From: a virus
Length of the DNA stretch: 64,000 nucleotides
Strand: one strand, 5' to 3'
IMG/VR virus record: IMGVR_UViG_3300044858_004955
Location: 6,321-70,320 of that record
Shown: piece by piece, positions 8,363 through 17,350 of the stretch
How the letters are laid out: each line of letters starts with the position of its first letter
How positions within the stretch are numbered: position 1 is the first letter of the stretch
Translations under genes and position numbers: made by a program
Notes under the pieces: model-generated
The model's input: the letters and a program-made list of their open reading frames with translations, nothing else
Database searches by the model: none
Told to the model about the DNA's origin: nothing

Positions 8363-9438
8363 GCCGAGCACCTCTCGAGCACCTCGCACACGGTCTTCAC
8401 GTCGTCCTTCGTGAGGCCGCAGTGCGTCGGCAGGACGATGCCCTCACCGTGGAGCCGGTGCGCCGCGCACCCGCCCACGGTGCGGAACGTCCTCATGTGG
8501 CGGTGCGTGTTCATCGGCGGGAACGCGGGCCGCGTCTCGACTCCGGCCTGAGCCATCCGGCGGATCACGGCGGCGGCCGGCATCCCGCTCTTCCGCACCG
8601 CGTATGCCCAGTACCCGCTCGTGTCGTTCGGGTGCGTCGCCTGCGGCACGACGCCGGCCGGCAGGAACTCGCCGTACCAGCGGAAGAGCATCCTCCGCTG
8701 CAACAAAAACGAGTCCAGTTTCTTGAGTTGCTCGACCAGCACGGCGGCCTGCAACTCGGTCATCCGGTAGTTCGTGCCCGCCGCGTCATGCACGTACCGC
8801 TCGCGGGTCTGGGCCTGACCGGCCATGTGCCGGACCCGCTCCCCGTGCAGCGGATCGCGCCAGCCCACGGCCCCGCCTTCTCCGCAGGTCACGGTCTTCG
8901 AGCCGTAGAAGGAGTACGTCGTCATGTCGGAGACGGCTGGCACGCCGGAGCGAAGCGCCCCCAGACCCTCGGCGTTGTCCTCGATGAGGACGATGCGCCG
9001 GCCCGTCGCAAGGTAGTGGTCGTGCCGCCACTGCTCGAGCGACGGCGGCGGCGTGCCGTAGAGGTTGACCGTGATGACCGCCTTCGTCTTCGGCGTCACG
9101 GCGCCTGTCAGAAATCCCGGCTCGATCGTCCACATTCGGTCGTCGATGCCGACGAACACGGGCTTCGCGCCGCAGTACAGGACCGCGTTGGCCGTCGCCA
9201 CGAAACTGGTCGCCGGCACGATCACCTCGTCGCCACGCCCCACGCCGGCTGCGAGGAGGGCTAGGTGGAGCGCGGCCGTACCGCTCGACACGACGTGGCA
9301 CGGCTGGCCGGTGATGGCCTCCATCGCGGCGTCGGCGGCATCGCACACTGGGCCGCGGGTCAGCCGGCCGGAGGCCAGCACCGAGGCCACGGCGGCGGCC
9401 TCCTCCTGCCCGACGATGGCGGCGCCGAATGAGATCAC
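8359..9438 (-). CDS. DegT/DnrJ/EryC1/StrS aminotransferase, perosamine synthase-like
   Basis: SSGTAALHLAL, IEDNAE, SFYGSKTVTCGEGG (PLP Lys), GTNYRMTELQAA. Confidence 0.9.
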   Translation of the reverse strand: MISFGAAIVGQEEAAAVASVLASGRLTRGPVCDAADAAMEAITGQPCHVVSSGTAALHLALLAAGVGRGDEVIVPATSFVATANAVLYCGAKPVFVGIDDRMWTIEPGFLTGAVTPKTKAVITVNLYGTPPPSLEQWRHDHYLATGRRIVLIEDNAEGLGALRSGVPAVSDMTTYSFYGSKTVTCGEGGAVGWRDPLHGERVRHMAGQAQTRERYVHDAAGTNYRMTELQAAVLVEQLKKLDSFLLQRRMLFRWYGEFLPAGVVPQATHPNDTSGYWAYAVRKSGMPAAAVIRRMAQAGVETRPAFPPMNTHRHMRTFRTVGGCAAHRLHGEGIVLPTHCGLTKDDVKTVCEVLERCSA

Positions 9439-9728
9439 TGGAGGCTCTCCAGAAAGTGCCGCGCGTCGGCCGCGCTCGTGACCGTCGTCACGGCGCACCC
9501 GAAGGAGGCCAGTTCACGCTGGCGGTGAAGTTGCACGCGGGTCGGATCGCATCCCGGTCGTTTGACCTCGATCCACGCGGCACGACCGTCCTTGATCGCG
9601 AGAACGTCAGGTAGGCCGACAACGGTTCCATATGAGCCTCCGTGAGTCTTCATGACCCACCAGCCCAAGGACCGCGCTTGCGCCATGACCTTGGCGACGA
9701 TCGTCCTCTCCAGAGGCTCGCGTCGCAT
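9435..9728 (-). CDS. VRR-NUC domain nuclease
   Basis: GLPDVL..WIEVKRPG..Q. Confidence 0.85.
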   Translation of the reverse strand: MRREPLERTIVAKVMAQARSLGWWVMKTHGGSYGTVVGLPDVLAIKDGRAAWIEVKRPGCDPTRVQLHRQRELASFGCAVTTVTSAADARHFLESLQ

Positions 9729-9734
9729 GGCCTG

Positions 9735-9752
9735 ATTGTATCCGCTTGCCGC
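9735..9752 (-). promoter_or_regulatory. candidate leaderless promoter
   Basis: GCGGCAA-N5-TACAAT-6 nt-ATG. Confidence 0.55.
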
Positions 9753-9761
9753 ATTGTGCGC

Positions 9762-10037
9762 CTAGTGAAATCTGTGTGTTTTCACGACGACCGGCCGGAC
9801 GCCCCCCCGTGACTGCCGCTTCTTCTTCGACCACCGCTCCTGTGCCGCCTCTGCCCCGGCCGCGATCTCATCCTCCGACGGGTCCGGCTGCCGCGACCAG
9901 ACAGACATACGCCGCGGCGGCAGGCCGAGCGCCTTGGCACGCCGTGTCACCGTCGCCGCCGATACGCCCAGTGTTTTCGCCAACTGCATATTCGAGCACG
10001 TCGCCCAGAGCCGCCGCAGCATCAACTCGTCGATCAA
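9762..10037 (-). CDS. putative HTH protein (GcrA-N-like)
   Basis: LWATCSNMQLAKTLGVS..LGLPPR..PDPSEDEI..ERWS. Confidence 0.6.
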   Translation of the reverse strand: MIDELMLRRLWATCSNMQLAKTLGVSAATVTRRAKALGLPPRRMSVWSRQPDPSEDEIAAGAEAAQERWSKKKRQSRGGVRPVVVKTHRFH

Positions 10038-10402
10038 CGAAGTCTCCCAAGGGTGTAGACAGGAAAGTGATACGGCAGCGGCCGGACACGACCGATCGAA
10101 CGGAGGACGAACATCTCATCCGTCCACGTCGCCTGAACCTTCGCCATGCGGTGCTGAACCTCCTCCGGGTCAAGTTCCGGCTCCGGGTCTCTGTTCCGCT
10201 TCCCCTTGCCGGGGTTGTGCCACGGCTTCCGCGACGACCGCCGCGGCAGCCTGAGATCACGCTTGATGCGGTCGAGCACGTAGGCCGACACGCCGAGCGC
10301 GGTGCAGATGTCCTCGTTGAGCGCGTCGGTCCCCCAGATCGCCAGCAGTTTCTCGTGGTCGACGACCGCCAGCGGAACGCGGCGGATTCGCGGTTGCTTC
10401 AC
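10034..10402 (-). CDS. putative HTH protein (GcrA-N-like)
   Basis: IWGTDALNEDICTALGVS..LRLPRR..DPEEV..ATWT. Confidence 0.6.
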   Translation of the reverse strand: MKQPRIRRVPLAVVDHEKLLAIWGTDALNEDICTALGVSAYVLDRIKRDLRLPRRSSRKPWHNPGKGKRNRDPEPELDPEEVQHRMAKVQATWTDEMFVLRSIGRVRPLPYHFPVYTLGRLR

Positions 10403-10656
10403 CGGCCGCCCCACAACTCGAGTATCCGCAGGCTCAGGCGGGCGATCTTCTTTTCCGTCTCGTGCGACTCGTGCCGCAACTTCTCGACCTCGGCAGACAG
10501 GAGCGTGTTCGTGTCCTCGAGGCGATGGCACTTGGCTTGCAGCCGGCGGATGGCCTTGTTCGCGCTCGCGGCCCCCGCCGTGGCCCGGTGCCACTGCAAC
10601 TCGTAGTGCCGGCAGAGCGAGAGGAGCCGCTGGATTTCGGCGTGCAGATCGATCAT
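10399..10656 (-). CDS. coiled-coil hypothetical protein
   Basis: GGAG RBS, heptad pattern. Confidence 0.55.
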   Translation of the reverse strand: MIDLHAEIQRLLSLCRHYELQWHRATAGAASANKAIRRLQAKCHRLEDTNTLLSAEVEKLRHESHETEKKIARLSLRILELWGGR

Positions 10657-10865
10657 TCGATGTCCACTCCGACCTCGTTGGCGATCGTGAACAACTCCTG
10701 CCGGACCTCGTCGTAGAACTCGACGCCGTCGGTGCCGTACTTCGCCTTGTTCCTGAGCCACGACGCCACGCGGCGGAGCACGCTCTGGTACTTGTGGCCG
10801 TTCTGGGCGACCTCGAAATCCTTCTCGTCCTCCGGCAGTCGGAAGTGCAGACTCGCGGACGGCAT
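10653..10865 (-). CDS. hypothetical phage protein
   Basis: LHFRLPED..WLRNKAKY; coupled. Confidence 0.65.
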   Translation of the reverse strand: MPSASLHFRLPEDEKDFEVAQNGHKYQSVLRRVASWLRNKAKYGTDGVEFYDEVRQELFTIANEVGVDIE

Positions 10866-11092
10866 CAGTCGTCCCCCAGATGCTTGCGGGTGTACGCGAC
10901 CATCTCGAGGGAGTAGACGGCGAGCGCCTCGCGGATCATGTAGATGGAGAACGCCATGCCCTTCTGGTCGTCGTCGTCGCATTCGCCGGCGACGCCGTCG
11001 AGGTAGTCCATGAGCGAGCGGATCGTCCTCTGGGCGGCAAGCATCCGCCGCATGAGGTCGAGCCGCTCGTCCTCGGTCATGCCCGCGCCCAT
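10865..11092 (-). CDS. hypothetical protein
   Basis: Coupled ORF. Confidence 0.55.
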   Translation of the reverse strand: MGAGMTEDERLDLMRRMLAAQRTIRSLMDYLDGVAGECDDDDQKGMAFSIYMIREALAVYSLEMVAYTRKHLGDD

Positions 11093-11553
11093 TCGTAGCC
11101 CTTCTTCTGAAAAAGGGTCGGATGCAGGCAAGCCCGCCGTGCCACGAGCATCATGTGCGGGTGGAAGACGGCGACGTTCGCACCTTTTTCAGTGAGTAGT
11201 GCCGACGCGAGGCCGGCTGCACACCACGCGGCGATGCCGCGGTGCCGATACTCCGGCGCCACGAACGCCTCGAGCGTGTCGTGTTGCGTCGTCTCCCAAC
11301 AATGCGGCGGCCCGCCTTGGTCGAGGAAGACAGGGTTCGTCCGTTCGGTCCACGACTCAGTCCGGCACCACCCGACGATCTCGCCTTGGTCGCTCGCGAT
11401 CGCAATGTGCCCGTCGGCCTCCTCCGGCTTCAGCCCGCGGAGCCACGCGCCCAACTTCCTCTGGAAGTCGCTGCCCGGCTTCGTGAGGCGGTCGCGCAGC
11501 CACTCCGCGGCGTGCTCTGGGAGTTGTGTCGCTGGGTGGATTAGACAGTGCAT
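11077..11553 (-). CDS. GNAT-family acetyltransferase
   Basis: GEIVGW..EAFVAPEYRHRGIA (motif A). Confidence 0.7.
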   Translation of the reverse strand: MHCLIHPATQLPEHAAEWLRDRLTKPGSDFQRKLGAWLRGLKPEEADGHIAIASDQGEIVGWCRTESWTERTNPVFLDQGGPPHCWETTQHDTLEAFVAPEYRHRGIAAWCAAGLASALLTEKGANVAVFHPHMMLVARRACLHPTLFQKKGYEWARA

Positions 11554-11554
11554 T

Positions 11555-12088
11555 TCATGGCTCGAAGAGTCGCGGTTGTGTGGCATTCGTGTACGGCCAT
11601 TCGTCTCTCACCAGCGTGCAGTCGTCCATCTTGATGAAAGCGTTTGCGCGTTCCACCTCGCCGCCGTTGACCGTCTCCTGCGTCGTCGTCCGGTCGCATC
11701 GAAACGGCACGCAGAAGTCTCCTTCTTTGTCCACGATCTTCTGCAACATCAGCACCCGCGAGTCCACGAGGTAGCAAAACCCATACAGAGGAATGCACAG
11801 CGACCCGCACACGTCTCTCGCGGTCGTGATCTTCCGCATCGTGACAAGCCACTCGTTCTTGAACACCGTGCGGAATTTCTCAAGAGTGAGGTTGTATCGA
11901 CATTTCGCTTCGACCCCAGCGGACACGACGCCGGCAGGCGAGATCAGAAATCCGTCTATCTTTGACCCCTTGTTCTCAGGACACATTAACAACCGCCAGC
12001 CGGGGTAGGCTTTCTCCCACATAGCGACAGCGCGAGCGAGGTCTTTGAGTGTCTGCTGCCCGCGAGGCGTGTTGACGGCGAGGCCCAT
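11555..12088 (-). CDS. PD-(D/E)XK nuclease-like protein
   Basis: KIDGFL..GVEAKCR. Confidence 0.6.
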   Translation of the reverse strand: MGLAVNTPRGQQTLKDLARAVAMWEKAYPGWRLLMCPENKGSKIDGFLISPAGVVSAGVEAKCRYNLTLEKFRTVFKNEWLVTMRKITTARDVCGSLCIPLYGFCYLVDSRVLMLQKIVDKEGDFCVPFRCDRTTTQETVNGGEVERANAFIKMDDCTLVRDEWPYTNATQPRLFEP

Positions 12089-12090
12089 GA

Positions 12091-12966
12091 CTACACGCTT
12101 TCCGCGATCGCTTCGTAGTCCAGCCCGTCGATCTCTGGGAAATCCTCGATCTCGCTGAACTTGAACATCTTCGGACGGTCGCCGTTCAGTTCGGCGTTGA
12201 ACGCCTTGATGGCTTTCGCCGCGTTCTTGCGTCGCAGGTCAGTCCTCGGCCCGTGCTCGATCAGCGTCTCGCGGAGCCTGACGAAAGGCCGTCCGATGTC
12301 CGTGTGCCCCGACGCGAGCACCTCGGCGAACTCGTCCGCCAACTTCGCGTTCACCCGCGAGAACAGGTAGTGCAGCACGTAGCCGTACTGGTTGTTGTAG
12401 AGCCTCGTCCTGCTCATGACCTGAACGCTCCTTCTCAGTTCTGGATGAGCCTCCAGCACGCGCTGCACCGCCGGAGCCGTGGCCTTTCTCGCCCCTGACG
12501 TCGTGTGGCGCAAGACGCCCCCGAAGTCGATGAATGACAGGAGAGCCTGCGCAGCGGCGCTCAACTGGCTCGTGTGAACCTCGCCGCACAATGCCAGCGT
12601 GTCGCCGGTCGTCCGCTTCTTGCCACTGTCGAGCGTCCTGAAAGCATCCGGGTCGATGCCTCGGACGACGATCGCGTCCCATGCGACTCCCGATTCCACG
12701 CAGCCGTGCAGGCGATGCTGTCCGTTCAGCATATTGCCGTCGACGTCAAAGATGATCGTCTCGCCGTTGAGAATCATGTCGCCGGCCAGAAACATATCCT
12801 TCATGTTTTTGACGTGGAGCGTGTTCAGCGGGCGGTTCTTCTTGTTTCGCTCAAGCATCTGTCGAGCGATTGCAGGAGTGATCCGCATGATCTGCACGGT
12901 GACTCCGGCATACAGGTCGCGCAGTTCTTCCTCGATCTCACACTCGATCTCGATCGCGGCGGTCAT
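12091..12966 (-). CDS. ParB-N-like domain protein
   Basis: ITPAIARQMLERN..NRPL..LNGQHRL..LDSGKKRT. Confidence 0.75.
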   Translation of the reverse strand: MTAAIEIECEIEEELRDLYAGVTVQIMRITPAIARQMLERNKKNRPLNTLHVKNMKDMFLAGDMILNGETIIFDVDGNMLNGQHRLHGCVESGVAWDAIVVRGIDPDAFRTLDSGKKRTTGDTLALCGEVHTSQLSAAAQALLSFIDFGGVLRHTTSGARKATAPAVQRVLEAHPELRRSVQVMSRTRLYNNQYGYVLHYLFSRVNAKLADEFAEVLASGHTDIGRPFVRLRETLIEHGPRTDLRRKNAAKAIKAFNAELNGDRPKMFKFSEIEDFPEIDGLDYEAIAESV

Positions 12967-12989
12967 GGTTTTCCCCACTTGTTGATGAC

Positions 12990-13244
12990 TTACTTCCCAA
13001 ACCTCACATACAGCGGCCCGTTCTCGCCCACATACGCACCGAGCGTGTTGAACGACAGGTACTCCTCGGCGTCCTCCGGCGTCATGCCGTCGCGCTCGAC
13101 CAGAACGTCAACGCACTTGTCGATGTCGTAGACCGCGACGTGCGGGTGGTGGTGGTTCACCGTGTAACCCACGAGAGCCGCTTCAAGGCCGTCGGCGAGG
13201 AGGGCGTCTGGGTTGAGTTCGGCGAGGTTTTCGAGGGTGCTCAC
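12990..13244 (-). CDS. conserved phage hypothetical protein
   Basis: ADGLEAALVG..AVYD..AEEYLSFNTLGAYVGENGP. Confidence 0.7.
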   Translation of the reverse strand: MSTLENLAELNPDALLADGLEAALVGYTVNHHHPHVAVYDIDKCVDVLVERDGMTPEDAEEYLSFNTLGAYVGENGPLYVRFGK

Positions 13245-13978
13245 TCCACCATCCCCCTCACCTGCTCGATCCACTCCGAGAACAGCGACACGTCGGTGTG
13301 CGCGCTCTCCTCGCCCTCGCGGCTGCGGAGCGGGCCTGTGCCGTCGCGCATCGTGAACGAGTGAATGCCGGCGATCCGGGCGTCAGAGCCGGAGCCAGTG
13401 AAGAGCGGGCCGCCGGAGTCGCCCGGGGCGATGCCGAACTCACGGGAACTCGACCGCCTGTTGATCCCGCAGATCAGCAGCGTCCGCTCGCGCCTTTTGA
13501 TCGTGTTCGTGCCGGCCCGCAAGAGGCCGTCGGATCGCGAGTACCCACCGGAGATCGGCCCGGTCGCACCGTAGCCGGCCAGCGAGCACACGGTGCCTTC
13601 GTTGTCCGCTTCGGTCGCATAGCACGGGTAGTGGTCGAGGCCGAAATCCCCTTTGCACCGCAGGATCGCAAGGTCGTGCCACCCGATGTTCGCCTCGTCG
13701 AACTTCGGGTGGACGAACACGGTCGTGACCGGGTTGCCGCCGACCGCCACCGTCATGGCCTCGTTGACAACGTGGGCCGCGGTCATCGCCAGATGCGGAG
13801 CGAACACGACGCAGGTGCCGATCGCCAGACGTCCCGACGGCTCGACGACCTCGCACTTCCGCACGTAGGGAGCGAACGAGGCGCCGTACTTCACGTAGAC
13901 GGAGTCAGGCACGGAGTCGTCGATCGTGCCGGCGGCTGCGGCCGACGCGATTGCGGCGAATGCGAGCGTCGGCCTCAT
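13241..13978 (-). CDS. secreted trypsin-like serine protease
   Basis: Signal-like N-terminus; TAAHV, HDLAIL, GDSGGP triad. Confidence 0.9.
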   Translation of the reverse strand: MRPTLAFAAIASAAAAGTIDDSVPDSVYVKYGASFAPYVRKCEVVEPSGRLAIGTCVVFAPHLAMTAAHVVNEAMTVAVGGNPVTTVFVHPKFDEANIGWHDLAILRCKGDFGLDHYPCYATEADNEGTVCSLAGYGATGPISGGYSRSDGLLRAGTNTIKRRERTLLICGINRRSSSREFGIAPGDSGGPLFTGSGSDARIAGIHSFTMRDGTGPLRSREGEESAHTDVSLFSEWIEQVRGMVE

Positions 13979-14622
13979 GCGTCCCTCCGCTCAAACTGGT
14001 AGTACATCAGTTCGTCCTCGCCGGCGGTCCACTTCCACCCGGCGGCCTCGCAGGAGAACTCACGCGGGAAGACCTCCCACCGCTCGTGGCCGGAGAGCGA
14101 CTTGCCGATGAACGCACCGCCGTCGTGCCAGACGACGCGGTTGTTTGGCTGGCAGGCCAGCCTGCCGCAGTCGAGAGCGACGACGTGTCCGCACTTGTGG
14201 CCGGCGGCCATCTCCGCGTAGCCGGTCTGGTGATCCGGCCCGTGGCACCAGTCGATCGTGAAGAGATACCGACCGCTCTCGGTCGACTTGTCCTTCATGA
14301 CGACCGTGCATCTGGCGTTCTTCAGATAGTCGTGCCTGACGACGCTGAAGTAGGGCGAGAAGCAGTCCCACAATTGCAGCCAGTCCAGCGGGTGATCACG
14401 CCGAATCGATTCCGGCACGTCCATCCGCAGGTAGTGGATCGGCACCCTCGCGTGCTGGCTGCCCATCTCGCTCATCACGGAGAACATGAGGCACCGCCTC
14501 GGAATGCTGGTCACGCCGAAGACCTCGACCAACAGGCCGTCCTCGCCGGTGGGCAACGAATCGTGCAGGAAGCCCGAGTCGAGCCACGCCCAGAACGGAG
14601 GGATGTCCGCGTTCAAATACAT
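13975..14622 (-). CDS. conserved phage hypothetical protein
   Basis: MYLNADIPPF..LQLWDCFS..QPNNR; coupled. Confidence 0.7.
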   Translation of the reverse strand: MYLNADIPPFWAWLDSGFLHDSLPTGEDGLLVEVFGVTSIPRRCLMFSVMSEMGSQHARVPIHYLRMDVPESIRRDHPLDWLQLWDCFSPYFSVVRHDYLKNARCTVVMKDKSTESGRYLFTIDWCHGPDHQTGYAEMAAGHKCGHVVALDCGRLACQPNNRVVWHDGGAFIGKSLSGHERWEVFPREFSCEAAGWKWTAGEDELMYYQFERRDA

Positions 14623-14840
14623 CGCTGCTTCTTCTCGAGCCAATCAGCGGCCTTCACGAGCCACGCGGCGGTCTGCCTGAGCAGGTCGACGCGCTCGCTG
14701 AAATCGAGGTCTCCTTCACGCGGCGGGATCGTGTCGATGCGCAGGTCGACGTATGGCCTCGTGCATTCATCCTCGATGCACTGGAGGACGAACTGGTCTT
14801 CGTCGATCACGAGGGCTGCTGGTGCCACTTCCTTCGGCAT
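14613..14840 (-). CDS. hypothetical protein
   Basis: GGAG RBS, coupled. Confidence 0.55.
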   Translation of the reverse strand: MPKEVAPAALVIDEDQFVLQCIEDECTRPYVDLRIDTIPPREGDLDFSERVDLLRQTAAWLVKAADWLEKKQRCI

Positions 14841-14844
14841 GACG

Positions 14845-14928
14845 TCACTCCATGTATCGCAGGAGGCTCAGGTAGGTGGCGGCTCCTGCCGCCACGAGGA
14901 TCAAGAAGACGTTCGCCCAGACGTCCAT
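14845..14928 (-). CDS. 27-aa membrane peptide
   Basis: MDVWANVFLILVAAGAATYL, TGATG coupling to csrA. Confidence 0.4.
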   Translation of the reverse strand: MDVWANVFLILVAAGAATYLSLLRYME

Positions 14929-15104
14929 CACGGCTTCTCCGCGACGGCGGGCTTCGGCGCGACCAACTCCTCGCGGAGGACGGTCGTGTCCAGCGGGGCG
15001 ATGACGCCGATGCGGACGCGGCCTTGCTCCACGCCGCGCACCTCGATGACGACGTCCTTGCCGATCAATATCCGCTCGCCAATTCGTCTGGTCAGGCACA
15101 GCAC
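14928..15104 (-). CDS. csrA: carbon storage regulator CsrA/RsmA family RNA-binding protein
   Basis: LCLTRRIGERILIG..VRIGVIAP..VLREEL, AAGGAG RBS. Confidence 0.9.
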   Translation of the reverse strand: MLCLTRRIGERILIGKDVVIEVRGVEQGRVRIGVIAPLDTTVLREELVAPKPAVAEKP

Positions 15105-15139
15105 TTGAGGCTCCTTCCTCGTTTGTGTCGGTCGGAAGC

Positions 15140-15625
15140 CTAGCAGGCTGCCGGATTCTCTGCAAGCCATGTTTTCGCGGCATCCTTCACCGCTTTGCGA
15201 GGGTGCTCGGCAGCGGCCCACGCGATGTATTCCGCCCCGTGCGGCCTCGTCAGCACCTCGGCGAACGTGAGGCCGTCGAACCGGCCGCCACGAAGCCGGA
15301 ATTCTTCCCCCGCCGGCTGCTCGAGGACGCCGGCGACCGCACGCTCCCAGAATCGGGTGCCGCAAAAACAGCACTCAAGAAGCCACATCCGGTCCCGCTC
15401 GTCGACGATGTCGAGGGCATCAGCCCCGCACGCCTCGTCGCAGCACTCGTAGTGCCCGTCGAGTTTGCCGAGCATGGCTGGCAGGACGCTCCACGACGGC
15501 CCAGTCGGCGCTGGTGCCTCGACCACGACGGCGGCGGCCTTCTTCCGCCTCTGCGTCTTTTTCTTGACGTCCTCCGGGGCCGCCGTCGCGTCGGTGGTTA
15601 TGTCGAACAGTAGATCAGTGGTCAT
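15140..15625 (-). CDS. Zn-ribbon protein with short GRFDG..Y..W domain
   Basis: CDEAC / CCFC pairs and GRFDGLTFAEV..EYIAW. Confidence 0.55.
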   Translation of the reverse strand: MTTDLLFDITTDATAAPEDVKKKTQRRKKAAAVVVEAPAPTGPSWSVLPAMLGKLDGHYECCDEACGADALDIVDERDRMWLLECCFCGTRFWERAVAGVLEQPAGEEFRLRGGRFDGLTFAEVLTRPHGAEYIAWAAAEHPRKAVKDAAKTWLAENPAAC

Positions 15626-17280
15626 AGTGGTAACTCCATGCGGTACTTCGCCCTTGGGTCGTGCGCCACGACCAACTTGTGCTTCGCTCGTGTGCAGGCC
15701 ACGTACTCGATCCGCCGCTCCTCGGCGAACTTCTTCTCGTCGTCTTCCTCGGCGACTCGCGTTCTCTGCGAAACGCTGCTCAACACGATGACCTTGGAAG
15801 CCTCCATGCCCTTGGACGAGTGGATCGTGCCAATCCGAATCTTCGGCTCGCTGACGGCCTCGACGCCCCACTTCTTCGCAGCACGCACCCACTTCGTGCC
15901 GCCGTCCGGCAGGCCAGCCCATTTGCCGCTGGCAACCGCCTCGCACAACTGCGGCGAGGCGCCGAGGGCCGGCAAGTCCTCCGGGTAGACGCGGTCGTAC
16001 TGCTCCGACAGCCCTTTCTTCCACGCCGACTTGCTGCCTCGCGTCAGCCACTCCATCCCGTCCGTGGTCTTCGACGGCAGAATCTCGGTTATTCTCCCCC
16101 ACGCTTCGCCGCTGATGCCCTCGCCGTGCTGGAGCCGCCAGAGACCGGCCATGCCCAGTTCCTTGCACCCGACGCCCTCTCTCCGCTGCTTGACGTAGCG
16201 AAACGGCACGCCGATGTCCTCGAGGATCGCCCTGATCTTCGACACGTTGCGATTCGTGCGGGCGATCACAAGCGTGTCTTCGTCCGGCCGGAGGTCCGAC
16301 AGGTCGTCCTCAAAGTTCTCGCTCTCGACAACCTCGCCGTCGTGGTCGGCCGGGGCGATCCCCCGATCCCAGTAGTCCGGCAGACGCTGAAGGCACCGCT
16401 CGCCGAGTTGCATGATCGGCTTCGGGCATCGGAACGACTTCGGCATGATGTGCTGCTTCGTGACTTCCCACCCCATGAAGTGCTCCGCAGCCGCCCCAGC
16501 CCACGAGAACAGAACTTGATATGGGTCTCCGACGAGCCATGCCCAGCGGCACGCATCGCCCGTCACGAGCCTCCGGCACGCGAGGTCGAGCAGGCGGCTG
16601 GAATCCTGAGCCTCGTCGAAAATCCACCCGACAACCTCGTCAGGCACCGACCCCTCCGGCGCCACCTCGATTGGGCCGTCTTCCGGGTCGAACCGCAGCC
16701 CGACGAACCTGCTCAGGAGGTCCGTGAAGTCCGACCGTCCCTCCAGCCGCTTGGCTTGCTCGTACATGGTGATCCGCTTGATCACCTCGCCGGCATCCGG
16801 GGCTGTCGGGTCTTGGTCGGCCTCCACGATCTCGCGCAGCGGCCGGCAGACGTTCCTCGCCAGCGACCAGTAGTTCAGGGCCGCAGCCGCGACCGGATCG
16901 CCCTGATAGACCGCCACGCCACCATCCTCGTCCTCGTCAATCGCGAACGCGACGTCGCTGCCGATGGCCTCGCTGACCCACTTCTCGTCTTCCTTCCCGC
17001 CGGCGATCATCTCCCCGCGGCTCACCCCCAACTGCCGGTAGCAGACCGAGTGGGCGGTCCTGAACCACCCATGCTGCATCAATTCCTCCGGGGGCACCCC
17101 CCAAGCCGTCCCACAACGCATGGCGGCCTCCAGACGGGCAGCCCGCGTGAGCGACGAGAAACCGAGCGAGAACGGGTTCCCACCAGTCTCCGGCCTCTCC
17201 AGCGCCTTCTCAGCCGTCTGCTTCATCAAGGCGGTCTTCCCGGTCCCGGCGCCGCCAATTGCCCTCAAACACTGCAACAT
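15622..17280 (-). CDS. UvrD/Rep-like SF1 helicase
   Basis: GGAGTGKT, DEAQD, GDPYQ, SFRCP, TIHSSKGMEA, YVACTRAK. Confidence 0.9.
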   Translation of the reverse strand: MLQCLRAIGGAGTGKTALMKQTAEKALERPETGGNPFSLGFSSLTRAARLEAAMRCGTAWGVPPEELMQHGWFRTAHSVCYRQLGVSRGEMIAGGKEDEKWVSEAIGSDVAFAIDEDEDGGVAVYQGDPVAAAALNYWSLARNVCRPLREIVEADQDPTAPDAGEVIKRITMYEQAKRLEGRSDFTDLLSRFVGLRFDPEDGPIEVAPEGSVPDEVVGWIFDEAQDSSRLLDLACRRLVTGDACRWAWLVGDPYQVLFSWAGAAAEHFMGWEVTKQHIMPKSFRCPKPIMQLGERCLQRLPDYWDRGIAPADHDGEVVESENFEDDLSDLRPDEDTLVIARTNRNVSKIRAILEDIGVPFRYVKQRREGVGCKELGMAGLWRLQHGEGISGEAWGRITEILPSKTTDGMEWLTRGSKSAWKKGLSEQYDRVYPEDLPALGASPQLCEAVASGKWAGLPDGGTKWVRAAKKWGVEAVSEPKIRIGTIHSSKGMEASKVIVLSSVSQRTRVAEEDDEKKFAEERRIEYVACTRAKHKLVVAHDPRAKYRMELPL

Positions 17281-17350
17281 TTCAGCCCCTTTTCGTGATT
17301 TGGACGCTCTGGACGCTTGTTAAGATGGGTTTTCCGTCCACCTTAAACCC

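Noticed and set aside
6750-9438. Glycosyltransferases as a DNA hypermodification system
   Set aside because: No hydroxymethylase, TET/JBP or phage DNA polymerase seen; GDP-sugar pathway and restriction-site avoidance favour a protein or surface target (not formally excluded)
12091-12966. NGQHR protein as part of a Dnd phosphorothioation system
   Set aside because: No dnd neighbours; fits stand-alone phage ParB-like proteins
15661-17298. Long antisense ORFs (also 56576..58057, 61656..63428 and many others)
   Set aside because: Shadow frames of GC3-rich genes; no RBS or protein motifs
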